Origin: an uncultured delta proteobacterium
GTDB taxonomy: Bacteria > Desulfobacterota > Binatia > Binatales > Binataceae
Length of the DNA: 64,000 nt
Direction: 5' to 3'
NCBI GenBank assembly: GCA_963794325.1
Contig: CAWCDG010000003.1
Span: 96,001-160,000 of the forward strand
Below are positions 40,096 to 49,734 of the stretch, in pieces. The notes under the pieces are model-generated. The model was not told the origin of the DNA. It searched no databases and saw only the letters and a program-made list of their open reading frames with translations. Position 1 is the stretch's first letter. Each line of letters opens with the position of its first letter. The position numbers and the translations under genes were made by a program.

Positions 40096-40518
40096 TTAAA
40101 GCACCGTTGTCAGAATCTGGATTGAGAGCGCAACACACATAGCCATTCCGAATGTGAAGAAAATTGTTCGCCACGGCTGCAGTCCGTTCAGGAACGCGAT
40201 CGTGTGCAGAATCCGGGCAATGATGAAGATAGTGAAATACACGAACGCGCCTTCGGGCCAGCATCCGAGCGTGACGTAAATCAATCCCAGAAACAGGAAG
40301 ATGGGAATATTTTCCAGGTCGTTGCGCCAGCACATTGCGGCGCGCTTGACGAGGGGCGCTTCTTCCGGCGCGGGTGGCGCGTGTGCGAAGAAGCGCGCAT
40401 CCTCAGCGGTCACGAATGCTTTTGCGTTGAATCGCCCGACGCCTTGAACGATCGAGTTCGCGAACATCTTGAAAAACAGGATCACGGTGGTCAGTGCGTA
40501 GAATTGGTACTCGGTCAT
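40096..40518 (-). CDS. MAPEG-family membrane protein
   Basis: NDLENIPIF and ARILHT. Confidence 0.9.
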   Translation of the reverse strand: MTEYQFYALTTVILFFKMFANSIVQGVGRFNAKAFVTAEDARFFAHAPPAPEEAPLVKRAAMCWRNDLENIPIFLFLGLIYVTLGCWPEGAFVYFTIFIIARILHTIAFLNGLQPWRTIFFTFGMAMCVALSIQILTTVL

Positions 40519-40524
40519 CGGCAG

Positions 40525-41136
40525 CTATCTCCTCAGGCCCATTGCGTCGAGCTTCTTGACGACCCATTCGACTCGATCGTTACCCCAAAACGGCTCTCCA
40601 TCGACGATGAAAGTCGGCACGCCGAAGACCCCGTCGCGATCGCCGGCCGCGAATGCTTCTGACAATTCGCGCGGGCCATCGTTCGCGACGTAGCGATTGA
40701 AGGCCTCGGGGTCGAGACCGGTTTCTTTCATCACAGCGGCGAGTGCCGCGCGGTTTTCGATGTCGAGCTCGCGCTTGAAGAAGCGCTCGAAGACGCGATC
40801 GGAATAAGGCCGGAAGAGTCCGTGCTTGTCCGCAAACAGACCGGACATCAAGCTGAGCGTGGAGTCGAAGATTTTCTGCGGCCCGCGAATGATCATGCCG
40901 CGCGCGTTCGCGTACCGGCGAGCGTCGAGATACAGGTAGCGAACCTTGCGCCAATCGCGCTCGGGTCGCTGGTCAAGCTCGCCACCGAAAATGCCGCGAA
41001 CGCTAAACTCGTGGGGAATGTAATGCAGGCGGACGCGATGCGACTCCATCAAGGCGTACGCAGGATGCATCGCAAGATAAGTGAAGGGGCTCTTGTAGTC
41101 GTAGTAGAGCCTGACCGTCAGGAGATCTTCAGCCAT
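40525..41136 (-). CDS. DsbA-like / HCCA isomerase (GST-kappa) family protein
   Basis: YYDYKSPFTY, GVFGVPTF and FWGNDR. Confidence 0.9.
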   Translation of the reverse strand: MAEDLLTVRLYYDYKSPFTYLAMHPAYALMESHRVRLHYIPHEFSVRGIFGGELDQRPERDWRKVRYLYLDARRYANARGMIIRGPQKIFDSTLSLMSGLFADKHGLFRPYSDRVFERFFKRELDIENRAALAAVMKETGLDPEAFNRYVANDGPRELSEAFAAGDRDGVFGVPTFIVDGEPFWGNDRVEWVVKKLDAMGLRR

Positions 41137-41219
41137 GCGTGAGGGTTTAGCATCACTGGCGAAAGACAGAAAGGCACGCCGCGTCGAGGCGGCGGAGTCG
41201 GCACCTGAGGGGTCAGAGT

Positions 41220-41480
41220 CTGTTTACGCATGTTGTAAAGCGTATTTAGGCATCTCAACAGGAGTAGAACGATTTATTAGTAGTAACTACAAGGTTATTG
41301 CTATCTACGATAGTAACAAGAGCGTCTAGTGCGCTTGACTCCAGCATGGCCCATTTAGTAAATCACAGTACGTACTAATATACTTCGAATAGCCACTAGA
41401 GTTGTCCATTGGACATATTTTTATACTACTAAGTAGGTATTCATAACATAGTAATTAGTTTCTTCTACAATCAGTAAAGG
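41220..41480. promoter_or_regulatory. AT-rich divergent control region with repeated AGTA/TACT boxes
   Basis: About a dozen AGTA/TACT 4-mers; palindromes AGTACGTACT (41367) and TGTCCATTGGACA (41403). Confidence 0.5.
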
Positions 41481-41527
41481 CGCCCCGGGACGGGCGCTGG
41501 TACGCGTTCATGGAGGGAGGACACTCG

Positions 41528-41698
41528 ATGGATTTGCTCAGAAAATTATATGTGAAGGCCGACGGCTTCGCGCGCGGTCAAACGATGGCGGAGTACGTGC
41601 TGATTGTCTCGGCAGTAGCGGTGGTCGTGTATGCCGGCTACCAATCGACAGGCACGACGGTCAACGCGCTGGTGAGCACCGTGAACGGACAGCTCTAG
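41528..41698 (+). CDS. Flp-family type IVb pilin
   Basis: G/QTMAEY cleavage motif then a hydrophobic helix; GGAGG RBS. Confidence 0.88.
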   Translation: MDLLRKLYVKADGFARGQTMAEYVLIVSAVAVVVYAGYQSTGTTVNALVSTVNGQL

Positions 41699-41743
41699 AA
41701 ACCGGGCAACCCATCGCTCGGAGGAATTCCCGCGGCTTAAGCA

Positions 41744-43273
41744 TCAATCCGAATTACGCATCCAATCGGCGACGCGTTCGCCGATCATAATACAAGTGAG
41801 ATTTGTGTTGGCGCGCACGATGTTCGGCATTATCGACGCATCGACGACGCGCAGTCCCTCGACCCCGCGCACGCGGCAATACTGATCGACCACCGCCATC
41901 GGATCCTTATCCGGGCCCATCTTCGCGGTTCCGACCGGATGAAAGATCGTCGTGCAGTTTTCGCGGATAAAATTTTCCAGCGCGGAATTGGAGTTCACGA
42001 CTTCCGCGGTCAGATTCACGAACTCTTTAAGCATAGGCGCCAATGGCCCTTCCTGCATCAGGCGCCACGCCATGCGCACGCCGTCGGCCATCCGGCGCAT
42101 GTCTTCGGGGTCGTCGAGATAGTTTAGATCGATAATCGGCGGGACGTCGGGATTACTGCTGCGCAGACGGAGCCGTCCGCGCGAGCGTGGACGCTGGAGT
42201 CCGGGCACCAGAGATACGCTAGGGACAGGAAGGTCGAGCGCGAGCCCCGGCGAGAGATTTGTGTCGAACAGCTCGAATATGTACATCTGCATATCGTTGA
42301 ATTCGTCGGAGCCCGGCGCGGTATAGCGGATACCGATTGGATTGGTGACTTGGGGATTGTGCGGGATTCCAGACACCGGCGTCGCGACGACGAAGACCAT
42401 CGGATGGTCGATCAGGTTGCGGCCGACTCCCGGCAAGTTCACCTGGCACTTGATGCCCAGCGCCGCGAGTTCATCACCGGCCCCGATCCCCGAACGCATC
42501 AATAGCGCAGGAGAGTGGATGGCGCCGGCCGAGAGCGTGACGCGACGGCCGCGCACTTGCTGGAGCGTTCCGGCGGATTCGAGCTCGACACCGGCGGCGC
42601 GGCCGTTCTCGAGGATCACCCGGTGCGTGTGGACAGCGGAGCGAATCGTCAGATTCAGGCGATGACGGGCGGGCGCAAGATAGCCGATGGCGGTCGAGAT
42701 GCGGACGCCGTCGCGCCGGTTGCGCGGCCAGGGTCCGACGCCGGTGGACTGAGGATCATTGTGGTCCGCGACTTCCGCGAATCCTGCGGCACGCGCAGCG
42801 TCGAAAAATGCGCGATTGAGTGGCTGCCAGTTCTCCGGGCGCGGGCGCTCGATCCATATTGGTCCGGCGACTCCATGGAAATCGCCGCGCGCATCGCGAT
42901 CGTTTTCGAGCTTGCGATGGAACGGCAGGACCTTCTCGAAGCTCCATTCGTGATTGCCCCATCGCGCCCATTCGTCGAAGTCACCCGGCGTGCCGCGCAG
43001 CGCGATATGGCCGTTGACGGCCGAGCCGCCGCCGGTGACCTTGCCGCGCGGGTAGGGGATTTCCCGGGTCGGTGTGGCCTGCGCCGTCAAACCCCAGTCA
43101 TGAGGTCCGGCGGAAACCCAGGTGGTCAGCAAATCGGCGGGAGTCTGCTCGACGACTGAGTAGTCGGGACCGGCCTCGAGCAGCAAGACATTGCGATTCG
43201 GATCCTCGCTGAGCCGGCCAGCCAGCGCAGCGCCCGCAGAGCCCGCTCCGACAACGATATCGTCATAGTCCAT
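41744..43273 (-). CDS. GMC-family FAD oxidoreductase
   Basis: GAGSAG, RGKVTGGGSAVNG, FHPVGTAKMG and NTN. Confidence 0.95.
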   Translation of the reverse strand: MDYDDIVVGAGSAGAALAGRLSEDPNRNVLLLEAGPDYSVVEQTPADLLTTWVSAGPHDWGLTAQATPTREIPYPRGKVTGGGSAVNGHIALRGTPGDFDEWARWGNHEWSFEKVLPFHRKLENDRDARGDFHGVAGPIWIERPRPENWQPLNRAFFDAARAAGFAEVADHNDPQSTGVGPWPRNRRDGVRISTAIGYLAPARHRLNLTIRSAVHTHRVILENGRAAGVELESAGTLQQVRGRRVTLSAGAIHSPALLMRSGIGAGDELAALGIKCQVNLPGVGRNLIDHPMVFVVATPVSGIPHNPQVTNPIGIRYTAPGSDEFNDMQMYIFELFDTNLSPGLALDLPVPSVSLVPGLQRPRSRGRLRLRSSNPDVPPIIDLNYLDDPEDMRRMADGVRMAWRLMQEGPLAPMLKEFVNLTAEVVNSNSALENFIRENCTTIFHPVGTAKMGPDKDPMAVVDQYCRVRGVEGLRVVDASIMPNIVRANTNLTCIMIGERVADWMRNSD

Positions 43274-43390
43274 CGATGACTCCCCACTTCAGGATTTCGG
43301 TTTTGTCCAAGCGCGCCTATCCGCAACCCGTTCAATGACACAGTTTGCGTCCAAGAGCGAAGCTAGCAACGCGAGTGTAGCTAGCTCCGT

Positions 43391-43588
43391 CCAGGATGAC
43401 AGAGGGTGGAGCGCGCGCAGCGCGCGAACTCAGAGACCGGAACCGGCTTCGCGTGTGGCGCGAAGCTGTCCGAGATCCTTCCTGCCGCTCGCGTTGCTCG
43501 CTCTGTCAGGATGACACAAGAAGCTCGCGTTGCTCGCTCTGTCAGGATGACACAAGAAGCTCGCGTTGCTCGCTTTGCTAGGATGACA
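43391..43588. repeat. Family F copy followed by about three 36-bp tandem units
   Basis: GCTCGCGTTGCTCGCTCTGTCAGGATGACACAAGAA at 43487 and 43523, degenerate third unit at 43559. Confidence 0.9.
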
Positions 43589-43617
43589 GCAAGGGCCTGC
43601 GCGGTTTGCAAATTTCT

Positions 43618-44616
43618 CTAGATCAGCGGTTCGTGGATTGCTTCGGCGGCTTCTGAGGGCGGTTGCTTGCGATGCGCGTCGGCGCCGAGGACCAGAGCGA
43701 GGACGCCGCTGACTGAAATCAGAATGCCGACGACCTCACGGGTCGTTGCGCGCTCGCCCAGGAACATCACGGCGAACAGAATCGAAAGTATCGGGATACC
43801 CGGTACGACCAGGGCTGTCGTCCATGCCAGCGAGAGCCGGTTGATCGCGCCATACCAGGTCAGCCCGCTGAGAAAATAGACGAAGAATCCGGTCACGACG
43901 ATTACCCCGAGCGTAGTCGGGTCGGCGAGTTGCACGATCGACTCGCGGCGGAAGATCAGCAGCATCGTGGTCAAGACGATCGACGCATAGAAGAAGCGGC
44001 CGCCGGTCATCGAGGTCGGCGTCAGCGGCGGCATCAGCTTCAGTCCCATCACGTGCGATGCCTGCCAGAACAACGGAGTCGTGAAGATGATTGCGCTCGC
44101 CCACAACGGTGAAAATGAGCCGCCGCCGGCGAACACCGATCCGATGCCGACCAGGACGGTTGCCGTCGCGAGCATCTGCCGCATCGACGGACGCTCGCCC
44201 ACGAAGATCGTCGAGAGGATCAGCGAATAGACCGGCTCGGTTTGCAGCAGCAGCACACCCGCGACGGCGCCTATTCGGGTGAGTCCGTAAGTCAGGGTGA
44301 GGCTGGTCATCACGGTCCCGGCGATCGCGACCATGAACAACCGTCCGCGGTAACGCGCGTCGAAGATCAGCCGCAACTCGCCGGTATATTGGAGAAGCGG
44401 AATCGTGCAGAGCGTCGCGAACACCGTTGCGCCGGTGCAGAAGAGCAGGGGATCGAGATGAACCGCGCCCCATCGCGTAATGACCGGCTGGCCCGCGCCG
44501 ATGATCGTATTGATGATGCATAGCGTCACGCCGACCTGAAACGCGCGGGCGCGGGCGGCGATTGCGGTAGCGTCGGCGACCGGCGGCATCGGACTCGCCG
44601 AGGTGTCGGTGGGCAT
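43618..44616 (-). CDS. DMT/EamA-family transporter
   Basis: About ten TM segments; duplicated FVGERP/FLGERA. Confidence 0.9.
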   Translation of the reverse strand: MPTDTSASPMPPVADATAIAARARAFQVGVTLCIINTIIGAGQPVITRWGAVHLDPLLFCTGATVFATLCTIPLLQYTGELRLIFDARYRGRLFMVAIAGTVMTSLTLTYGLTRIGAVAGVLLLQTEPVYSLILSTIFVGERPSMRQMLATATVLVGIGSVFAGGGSFSPLWASAIIFTTPLFWQASHVMGLKLMPPLTPTSMTGGRFFYASIVLTTMLLIFRRESIVQLADPTTLGVIVVTGFFVYFLSGLTWYGAINRLSLAWTTALVVPGIPILSILFAVMFLGERATTREVVGILISVSGVLALVLGADAHRKQPPSEAAEAIHEPLI

Positions 44617-44619
44617 CGA

Positions 44620-45408
44620 CTAGCTTCGCGCGAACGCGACCACGACGACGAGCACTGCCAGCGCAATTCGATAGATCGCGAAACTCCGGTAGCTGTGGGT
44701 TCGCACGTAGTTCAGCAGCCAGACGATCGCGATCAGGCTGAAGACTGCGGAGGCCGCAAACCCCCATCCGAGCTGAGGCGTCAGGCCCGCCTGGAATGCG
44801 TGATGTGCTTCATGCAGGCCGGCGCCGGCGATGATCGGCGTCGCCATGAGAAAGGAGAAATTCGCGGCGTCGGCGCGCTCGATTCCGAGGAAGCGGGCGG
44901 TCGTGATGGTGGCGCCGGAGCGGGAGACGCCGGGGATGATCGCGAGCGCCTGGCTAAGGCCGATAAGGATGGCGTCGACCAAGGTGAGGTCGCCTATTTT
45001 GCGCTTTTTGGAGCCAATCGCATCAGCAGCCCACAAAAGAAGACCAAGGATAGCCAAGGTGCCGGCGATTAGTACCGGCGATCGAAAAATCGTCTCGGCC
45101 TCCTTCTCGAGCAGAACTCCGATGATCGCGCCGGGTACCGACGCGACTATCAACAGGAGCAGCAGCCGGCGCTGGTCGCGATTACCGTTGACCAGCGACA
45201 TCGCCATCTCGAGCCATTCCCGCCAGTAGAAGACCAGCAGCGCCAGCAGCGATCCCAGATGCAGCACGACATCGAAGGCGAGCCCGGGATCCTCTTGCCA
45301 CTTGAGCAGCCAGGGGATGAGGATCAGATGTCCCGAACTGGACACGGGTAGAAATTCCGTCAGACCCTGTACGATCCCTAGAACGATAGCCTGATATACA
45401 GAAAACAT
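44620..45408 (-). CDS. uppP: Undecaprenyl-diphosphatase
   Basis: QGLTEFLPVSSSGH and PGVSRSGAT. Confidence 0.97.
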   Translation of the reverse strand: MFSVYQAIVLGIVQGLTEFLPVSSSGHLILIPWLLKWQEDPGLAFDVVLHLGSLLALLVFYWREWLEMAMSLVNGNRDQRRLLLLLIVASVPGAIIGVLLEKEAETIFRSPVLIAGTLAILGLLLWAADAIGSKKRKIGDLTLVDAILIGLSQALAIIPGVSRSGATITTARFLGIERADAANFSFLMATPIIAGAGLHEAHHAFQAGLTPQLGWGFAASAVFSLIAIVWLLNYVRTHSYRSFAIYRIALAVLVVVVAFARS

Positions 45409-45518
45409 AATGATTTCAGCTATTTAGGAGCAAAGCGCGAGTTTTATCCACAATTGTCCCGGTTGAGACCTATGCCTACGAAACTCGCCATTAGGTGAAA
45501 ACATGTCTAAGTTGCTCC

Positions 45519-45546
45519 TTGACCGGCCCGTTACTTGGTCTAGAAT
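45519..45546 (+). promoter_or_regulatory. Candidate sigma70 promoter
   Basis: TTGACC-16 nt-TAGAAT upstream of the 45599 gene. Confidence 0.45.
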
Positions 45547-45598
45547 TGGTGGCTGTTAGCGGAAAGCAGATTCCGGGTAGTGGGAGGCATTATTGCCT

Positions 45599-45922
45599 AT
45601 GAATCGAGTTGCCAGAGGCAAAGTTATTCCCTTAAGGGAAGTGAATGCGGTCGAGTCCGACGGAACGCCCGACCAGTCTGCGGTTTGGGATAACATCAAT
45701 CCCGGCGAGCCGCATCCGTTTCCGGTTGTTTCAACCCTGCCACGTTTGCCGGTGATGATTCCCGATGAGATTCTGGACTACTACGGCTGGGTATTTTGCC
45801 AAGGTGGATTCCTCAATCTTCAGATGACGTTTGAACAGTTCCTGGCCGTGGTGGCGGCGGTAAGTCCGGCCGGCCTCAGCCCCGAATACGACGCAAGCGA
45901 GGCATCGTACCCTAACGACTGA
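45599..45922 (+). CDS. Hypothetical protein
   Basis: GGGAGG RBS and an upstream promoter candidate; fills the intergenic gap. Confidence 0.65.
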   Translation: MNRVARGKVIPLREVNAVESDGTPDQSAVWDNINPGEPHPFPVVSTLPRLPVMIPDEILDYYGWVFCQGGFLNLQMTFEQFLAVVAAVSPAGLSPEYDASEASYPND

Positions 45923-46009
45923 TCCTCCGCGATAGCGCTCCGGATCATTTCGACGCCCGCCCGGGTTCTCTCGGGCGGGCATCGATTTTCTGGGCGGTAG
46001 ATTTTCGTC

Positions 46010-46708
46010 TTAATTCTCTCCAGCCGAGCCCTTTTTCGTGCTGCTCAGTAAGGTGTTCCTGACCCAGATGCTCGGCAGCCCGGTGCCGTCGGTGACAGAT
46101 TTGAGCCCGTTGTCCTGCGCTATTTGCCGCCAATTATCCGCGTTGCCGGTCGCGCGCTGCGCCAGACCCTTCAGGTCTTCATTGGGCAGGAGCGCGTAGT
46201 TGACGCCACCTTCTTTGGGCGTTCCGCCTGACGGTGGAAATTGCGCGGCCAGCTGATCCATCTTGGCGAAGAGATTCAGGCGGGTGGTCGCGTTATATTT
46301 GGAGATGTCCTCGTCGGCGACGTCCTCGACGCGGACATTGACGACCACTCTCGAGGTCCGAGGGCTGAGCGGCACGACTTCAATCTCGTAGCGATATTGC
46401 GGATGCTTCCCGACCAGATCGCCGAGCACACCGACCGGAACGTCGGCATCCTTCCACAGCGTGACGAGCTTGTCCTCGGGCTTAACCTCGAACAGGATAC
46501 CTTCGCCACGAAGCACGTCCTGGGTCAGAACGAAGGTGTCATTCGCGGTGTATGGAAAATCGCGCTGCTCGCCTACGGCCGCGTCGGTGCCGCCGCCCTC
46601 AGCGCGGTTGGCGTAGTACGGAGCGTAGTAGCATCCACTGAGAAGCAGGATCGAGAAAACGATCGCGACTTTTGGAAATTGCCGAAACACATGCCGCGCC
46701 GCGCTCAT
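46010..46708 (-). CDS. Lipoprotein with a C-terminal LysM-like domain
   Basis: Lipobox LSGC; YALLPNEDLKGLA..TG...WRQIAQDN resembles LysM. Confidence 0.7.
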   Translation of the reverse strand: MSAARHVFRQFPKVAIVFSILLLSGCYYAPYYANRAEGGGTDAAVGEQRDFPYTANDTFVLTQDVLRGEGILFEVKPEDKLVTLWKDADVPVGVLGDLVGKHPQYRYEIEVVPLSPRTSRVVVNVRVEDVADEDISKYNATTRLNLFAKMDQLAAQFPPSGGTPKEGGVNYALLPNEDLKGLAQRATGNADNWRQIAQDNGLKSVTDGTGLPSIWVRNTLLSSTKKGSAGEN

Positions 46709-46716
46709 CACCAATG

Positions 46717-46841
46717 CTAGCAGGCCGTTGATAAATCACGGCCTGCTCCCCCTCTCTTATCTCCCCCGCAACAGAGCGGGAGAGAAGATAAAGGAAAGCG
46801 GCCAGCTTTTATGCAGGGTGTCTTTTTCAACACCCTGCTAG
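46717..46841. mobile_element. ~120-bp MITE bounded by CTAG and inverted repeats
   Basis: CTAG-CAGGCCGTTGATAAA ... TTTTTCAACACCCTG-CTAG. Confidence 0.65.
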
Positions 46842-46946
46842 GAAACCATGAGAGGTCGATGCACGCAAGTTGAACCTGCCGCGATTGCCGTTGCATTCGA
46901 TTGAGATTGCACGGCAGAGCGGCAGACGCTAATCAAATATACCCTT

Positions 46947-48308
46947 ATGGCCGATTCAGAAAATAAATCCTCGCGCCACGTAATGGCGGTGGTCGGCGCT
47001 GCGACTGCCGGTTCGGAAATCGCGCGAATCCTCGCCGATCGCGGCGCGCTCGTGATCGTGTTCGAGCAGAATCCGCGTCCGTACGGAAAAATCGAGGACG
47101 GGCTACCGCGATGGCACGTCAAGCAGCGCAGAGACGAGTACGAAGAAATCAACCAGCGCCTTGACCATCCGAATATCGAATATGTGCCGATGACCCGGAT
47201 GGGGCGCGAGCTCGACTTCGAAGACCTGCGCACCGGATGGGGCCTTAGCGGAATCGTGCTGACCCACGGCGCGTGGCGCGATCGCGCGTTTCCGGTCGAG
47301 GGCGCCGACGAATTCATCGATCGCGGCCTCGTTTATCAGAACAAGCTCATTTACTGGTTCAATCACTACCCGGAAAAGGCCTACAACGGCCCGCGCTACG
47401 ACCTGACTCCCGGGGCTATCGTCGTGGGCGGCGGACTCGCGTCGATCGACGTGGTCAAAGTGCTGCAAATCGAGATGACCCTGGCGGCGCTCAAGGCGCG
47501 CGGCATCGCCGCAGAGATGGTCGCGCTCGAACGCGAAGGCATCGAGCCGGTGCTGGCTGCGAGCGGCCTCAAGTACGCCGACCTGGGCGTCGCACCGTGC
47601 AAGCTGTACTACCGCCGGCGCGTGCTCGATATGCCGCTCTCGGACATTCCGCCCGACGCGCCGGCCAAGCGCGCAGACGCGCTCAAAGCAGCGCGCGCGA
47701 AGATTCTCGAAAAAGCTCAGCGCAAATTTTTGTTCGAGTTCCAGGAACTGCGCGCGCCGAGCGGCATCGTCGTCGAGAACGGCGCGATGGCGGGCGTAAT
47801 CTTCAGCCGCACCGAAGTCGCCGACGGACAAGTGCGGATTGTGCAGGAGGCTGCCGAATCCGCGCGCGCGCCGCTGATCATCAGCTCGATCGGCAGCATC
47901 CCCGAACCGATTCCCGGAATTCCGCAGAAGGGCGAAACCTATACTTACGTCGATCAGAAGATCGGGCTGCTGATGGACGGCCCGACCGCTGTGTTCGCCG
48001 CCGGCAACGTGCTGACCGGCAAGGGCAATATCAAGGACTCGCTCGACAACGGAACCGAGATTGGCACACTCGTCGCCGAGGCATACCTGGGGTTGTCGGA
48101 CGAGAAACTCAAGATTGCGGAAGGCGCGCGCAAAGAAGCGGCGGCGTCGGCCGAAAAGATCGCGGGCGCATTAAGCTCGCGCCAGCAGATCGCACCCGAA
48201 CAAGTCGCGCGACTACTCGGTCACGTCCGAAAGCGTCAACTGGCGGTCGGCTACGACGGCAACTACCGTGCCTGGATCGCCAAAGTCACGCCTCCCGACC
48301 TACACTAA
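46947..48308 (+). CDS. FAD/NAD(P)-dependent oxidoreductase (ferredoxin-NADP reductase/GltD-like)
   Basis: VVGAATAG, PYGKIEDGLP, VGGGLASIDV and YYRRR. Confidence 0.8.
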   Translation: MADSENKSSRHVMAVVGAATAGSEIARILADRGALVIVFEQNPRPYGKIEDGLPRWHVKQRRDEYEEINQRLDHPNIEYVPMTRMGRELDFEDLRTGWGLSGIVLTHGAWRDRAFPVEGADEFIDRGLVYQNKLIYWFNHYPEKAYNGPRYDLTPGAIVVGGGLASIDVVKVLQIEMTLAALKARGIAAEMVALEREGIEPVLAASGLKYADLGVAPCKLYYRRRVLDMPLSDIPPDAPAKRADALKAARAKILEKAQRKFLFEFQELRAPSGIVVENGAMAGVIFSRTEVADGQVRIVQEAAESARAPLIISSIGSIPEPIPGIPQKGETYTYVDQKIGLLMDGPTAVFAAGNVLTGKGNIKDSLDNGTEIGTLVAEAYLGLSDEKLKIAEGARKEAAASAEKIAGALSSRQQIAPEQVARLLGHVRKRQLAVGYDGNYRAWIAKVTPPDLH

Positions 48309-48326
48309 AAGTCGCGCCGGGCTGAT

Positions 48327-48358
48327 TTTTTCTTAATACTGGGTGCAGGCGTCCCCCC
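48327..48358 (-). repeat. Repeat family A remnant, copy 8
   Basis: Reverse complement reads CCTGCACCCAGTATTAAGAAAA, as in copy 5. Confidence 0.6.
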
Positions 48359-48421
48359 TTCTTTTGCCTCGTTGCGGACGCGACTGTAGGCTCATTTCGA
48401 TGACGACAACGGAGGTGCGGT

Positions 48422-49672
48422 GTGGACGAACTCAAGCGAACTGACCCGGAAATATTCGACCTCATAAAACAGGAAGAGCGGTACGAGATCGATTCGGTGC
48501 GGCTGATCGCGTCGGAGAATTACGTTTCGAAAGCGGTGCTCGAAGCGACCGGCTCGATTCTCACCAACAAATATTCCGAGGGCTACCCCGGCCGCCGCTA
48601 CTATGAGGGTCAGCGCAACATCGATCAGATCGAAGAACTGGCCGTCAACCGCGCCAAGGCGCTGTTCAAAGTCGATCACGCCAACGTGCAGCCGTACTCA
48701 GGCTCGCCGGCCAACGTCGCGATCTACTTCGCGTTGCTCGAGCCGGGCGATACGATCATGGGCCTCTCGCTGCCGCACGGTGGGCATCTGTCGCATGGAT
48801 GGCCGGTGAGCATCACCGGAAAGTTCTGGAAGTCGGCGCAGTACGTGGTCGATCGCGAAAGTCAGGTCATCGACTTCGACCAGGTCCGCGCGATGGCGCG
48901 CAAGGAGCGGCCGAAGATAATCGTGACCGGCGGCACGGCGTATCCGCGCCTGTGGGACTTCAAGAGCTTCAGCGAGATCGCGAAGGAAGTAGGCGCACTC
49001 CTGCTCGCCGACATTTCACACGTCGCGGGACTGATCGTCGGCGGCGTGCATCCGGATCCCGCGCCGTACGCCGACGTGATCATGACGACCACGCACAAAA
49101 CTCTGCGCGGTCCGCGCGGCGCGATGATCATGTGCCGCAACGAATACGCCGAAGCGATCGACAAGGCGGTGTTCCCGGGCTTGCAGGGCGGTCCGCACAA
49201 TCATACGACGGCGGCGATAGCGGTTGCGTTGAAGGAAGCCTCGACGCCGGAGTTCAAAACATACGCCAGGAAAGTGGTGAGCAACGCCAAAACTCTCGCC
49301 GACGAATTGCTCGCGCGCGGCTTCAGTCTCGTCTCGGGCGGCACCGACAATCATTTGATCCTGGTCGATCTGACGAACAAGAAGGTGATCGGCAAGAAAG
49401 GCGCGAAGGCGCTCGACGCGGCCGGAATCGTCTGCAACTACAACACCGTGCCGTACGATCCGCGCAAACCCTTCAGCCCCAGCGGCCTGCGCCTCGGCAC
49501 GCCTGCGGTTACGTCGCGAGGGATGGGCGACGCTGAGATGCGCCAAATCGCAAAATTCATGGACGAGGCGATCGCGCAGGCCGGCGACGAGACTGCCCTG
49601 AAACGAATTGCCGCCGCGGTCACCGAGATGTGCCGAAAATTCCCCGCCCCGGGAATCGCACTCACGCAATAG
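48422..49672 (+). CDS. glyA: Serine hydroxymethyltransferase
   Basis: LIASEN, NKYSEGYPG, TTTHKTLRGPRG and GLQGGP. Confidence 0.98.
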   Translation: MDELKRTDPEIFDLIKQEERYEIDSVRLIASENYVSKAVLEATGSILTNKYSEGYPGRRYYEGQRNIDQIEELAVNRAKALFKVDHANVQPYSGSPANVAIYFALLEPGDTIMGLSLPHGGHLSHGWPVSITGKFWKSAQYVVDRESQVIDFDQVRAMARKERPKIIVTGGTAYPRLWDFKSFSEIAKEVGALLLADISHVAGLIVGGVHPDPAPYADVIMTTTHKTLRGPRGAMIMCRNEYAEAIDKAVFPGLQGGPHNHTTAAIAVALKEASTPEFKTYARKVVSNAKTLADELLARGFSLVSGGTDNHLILVDLTNKKVIGKKGAKALDAAGIVCNYNTVPYDPRKPFSPSGLRLGTPAVTSRGMGDAEMRQIAKFMDEAIAQAGDETALKRIAAAVTEMCRKFPAPGIALTQ

Positions 49673-49734
49673 GGCTTTGTTACCCGCCCCATGGTATGGT
49701 TCGAGGTTCCTGATTTCAGGGGAGGTTCGGCACA

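Noticed and set aside
41476-41520. Sigma54 promoter or c-di-GMP riboswitch before flp
   Set aside because: TGGTACG lacks the -12 GC at the required spacing, and the hairpin lacks the GEMM consensus.
43487-43588. CRISPR array (36-bp repeats)
   Set aside because: Units are contiguous with no spacers, and there are no cas genes.
45444-45452. Replication origin
   Set aside because: A single DnaA box with no cluster, unwinding element or dnaA/dnaN context.
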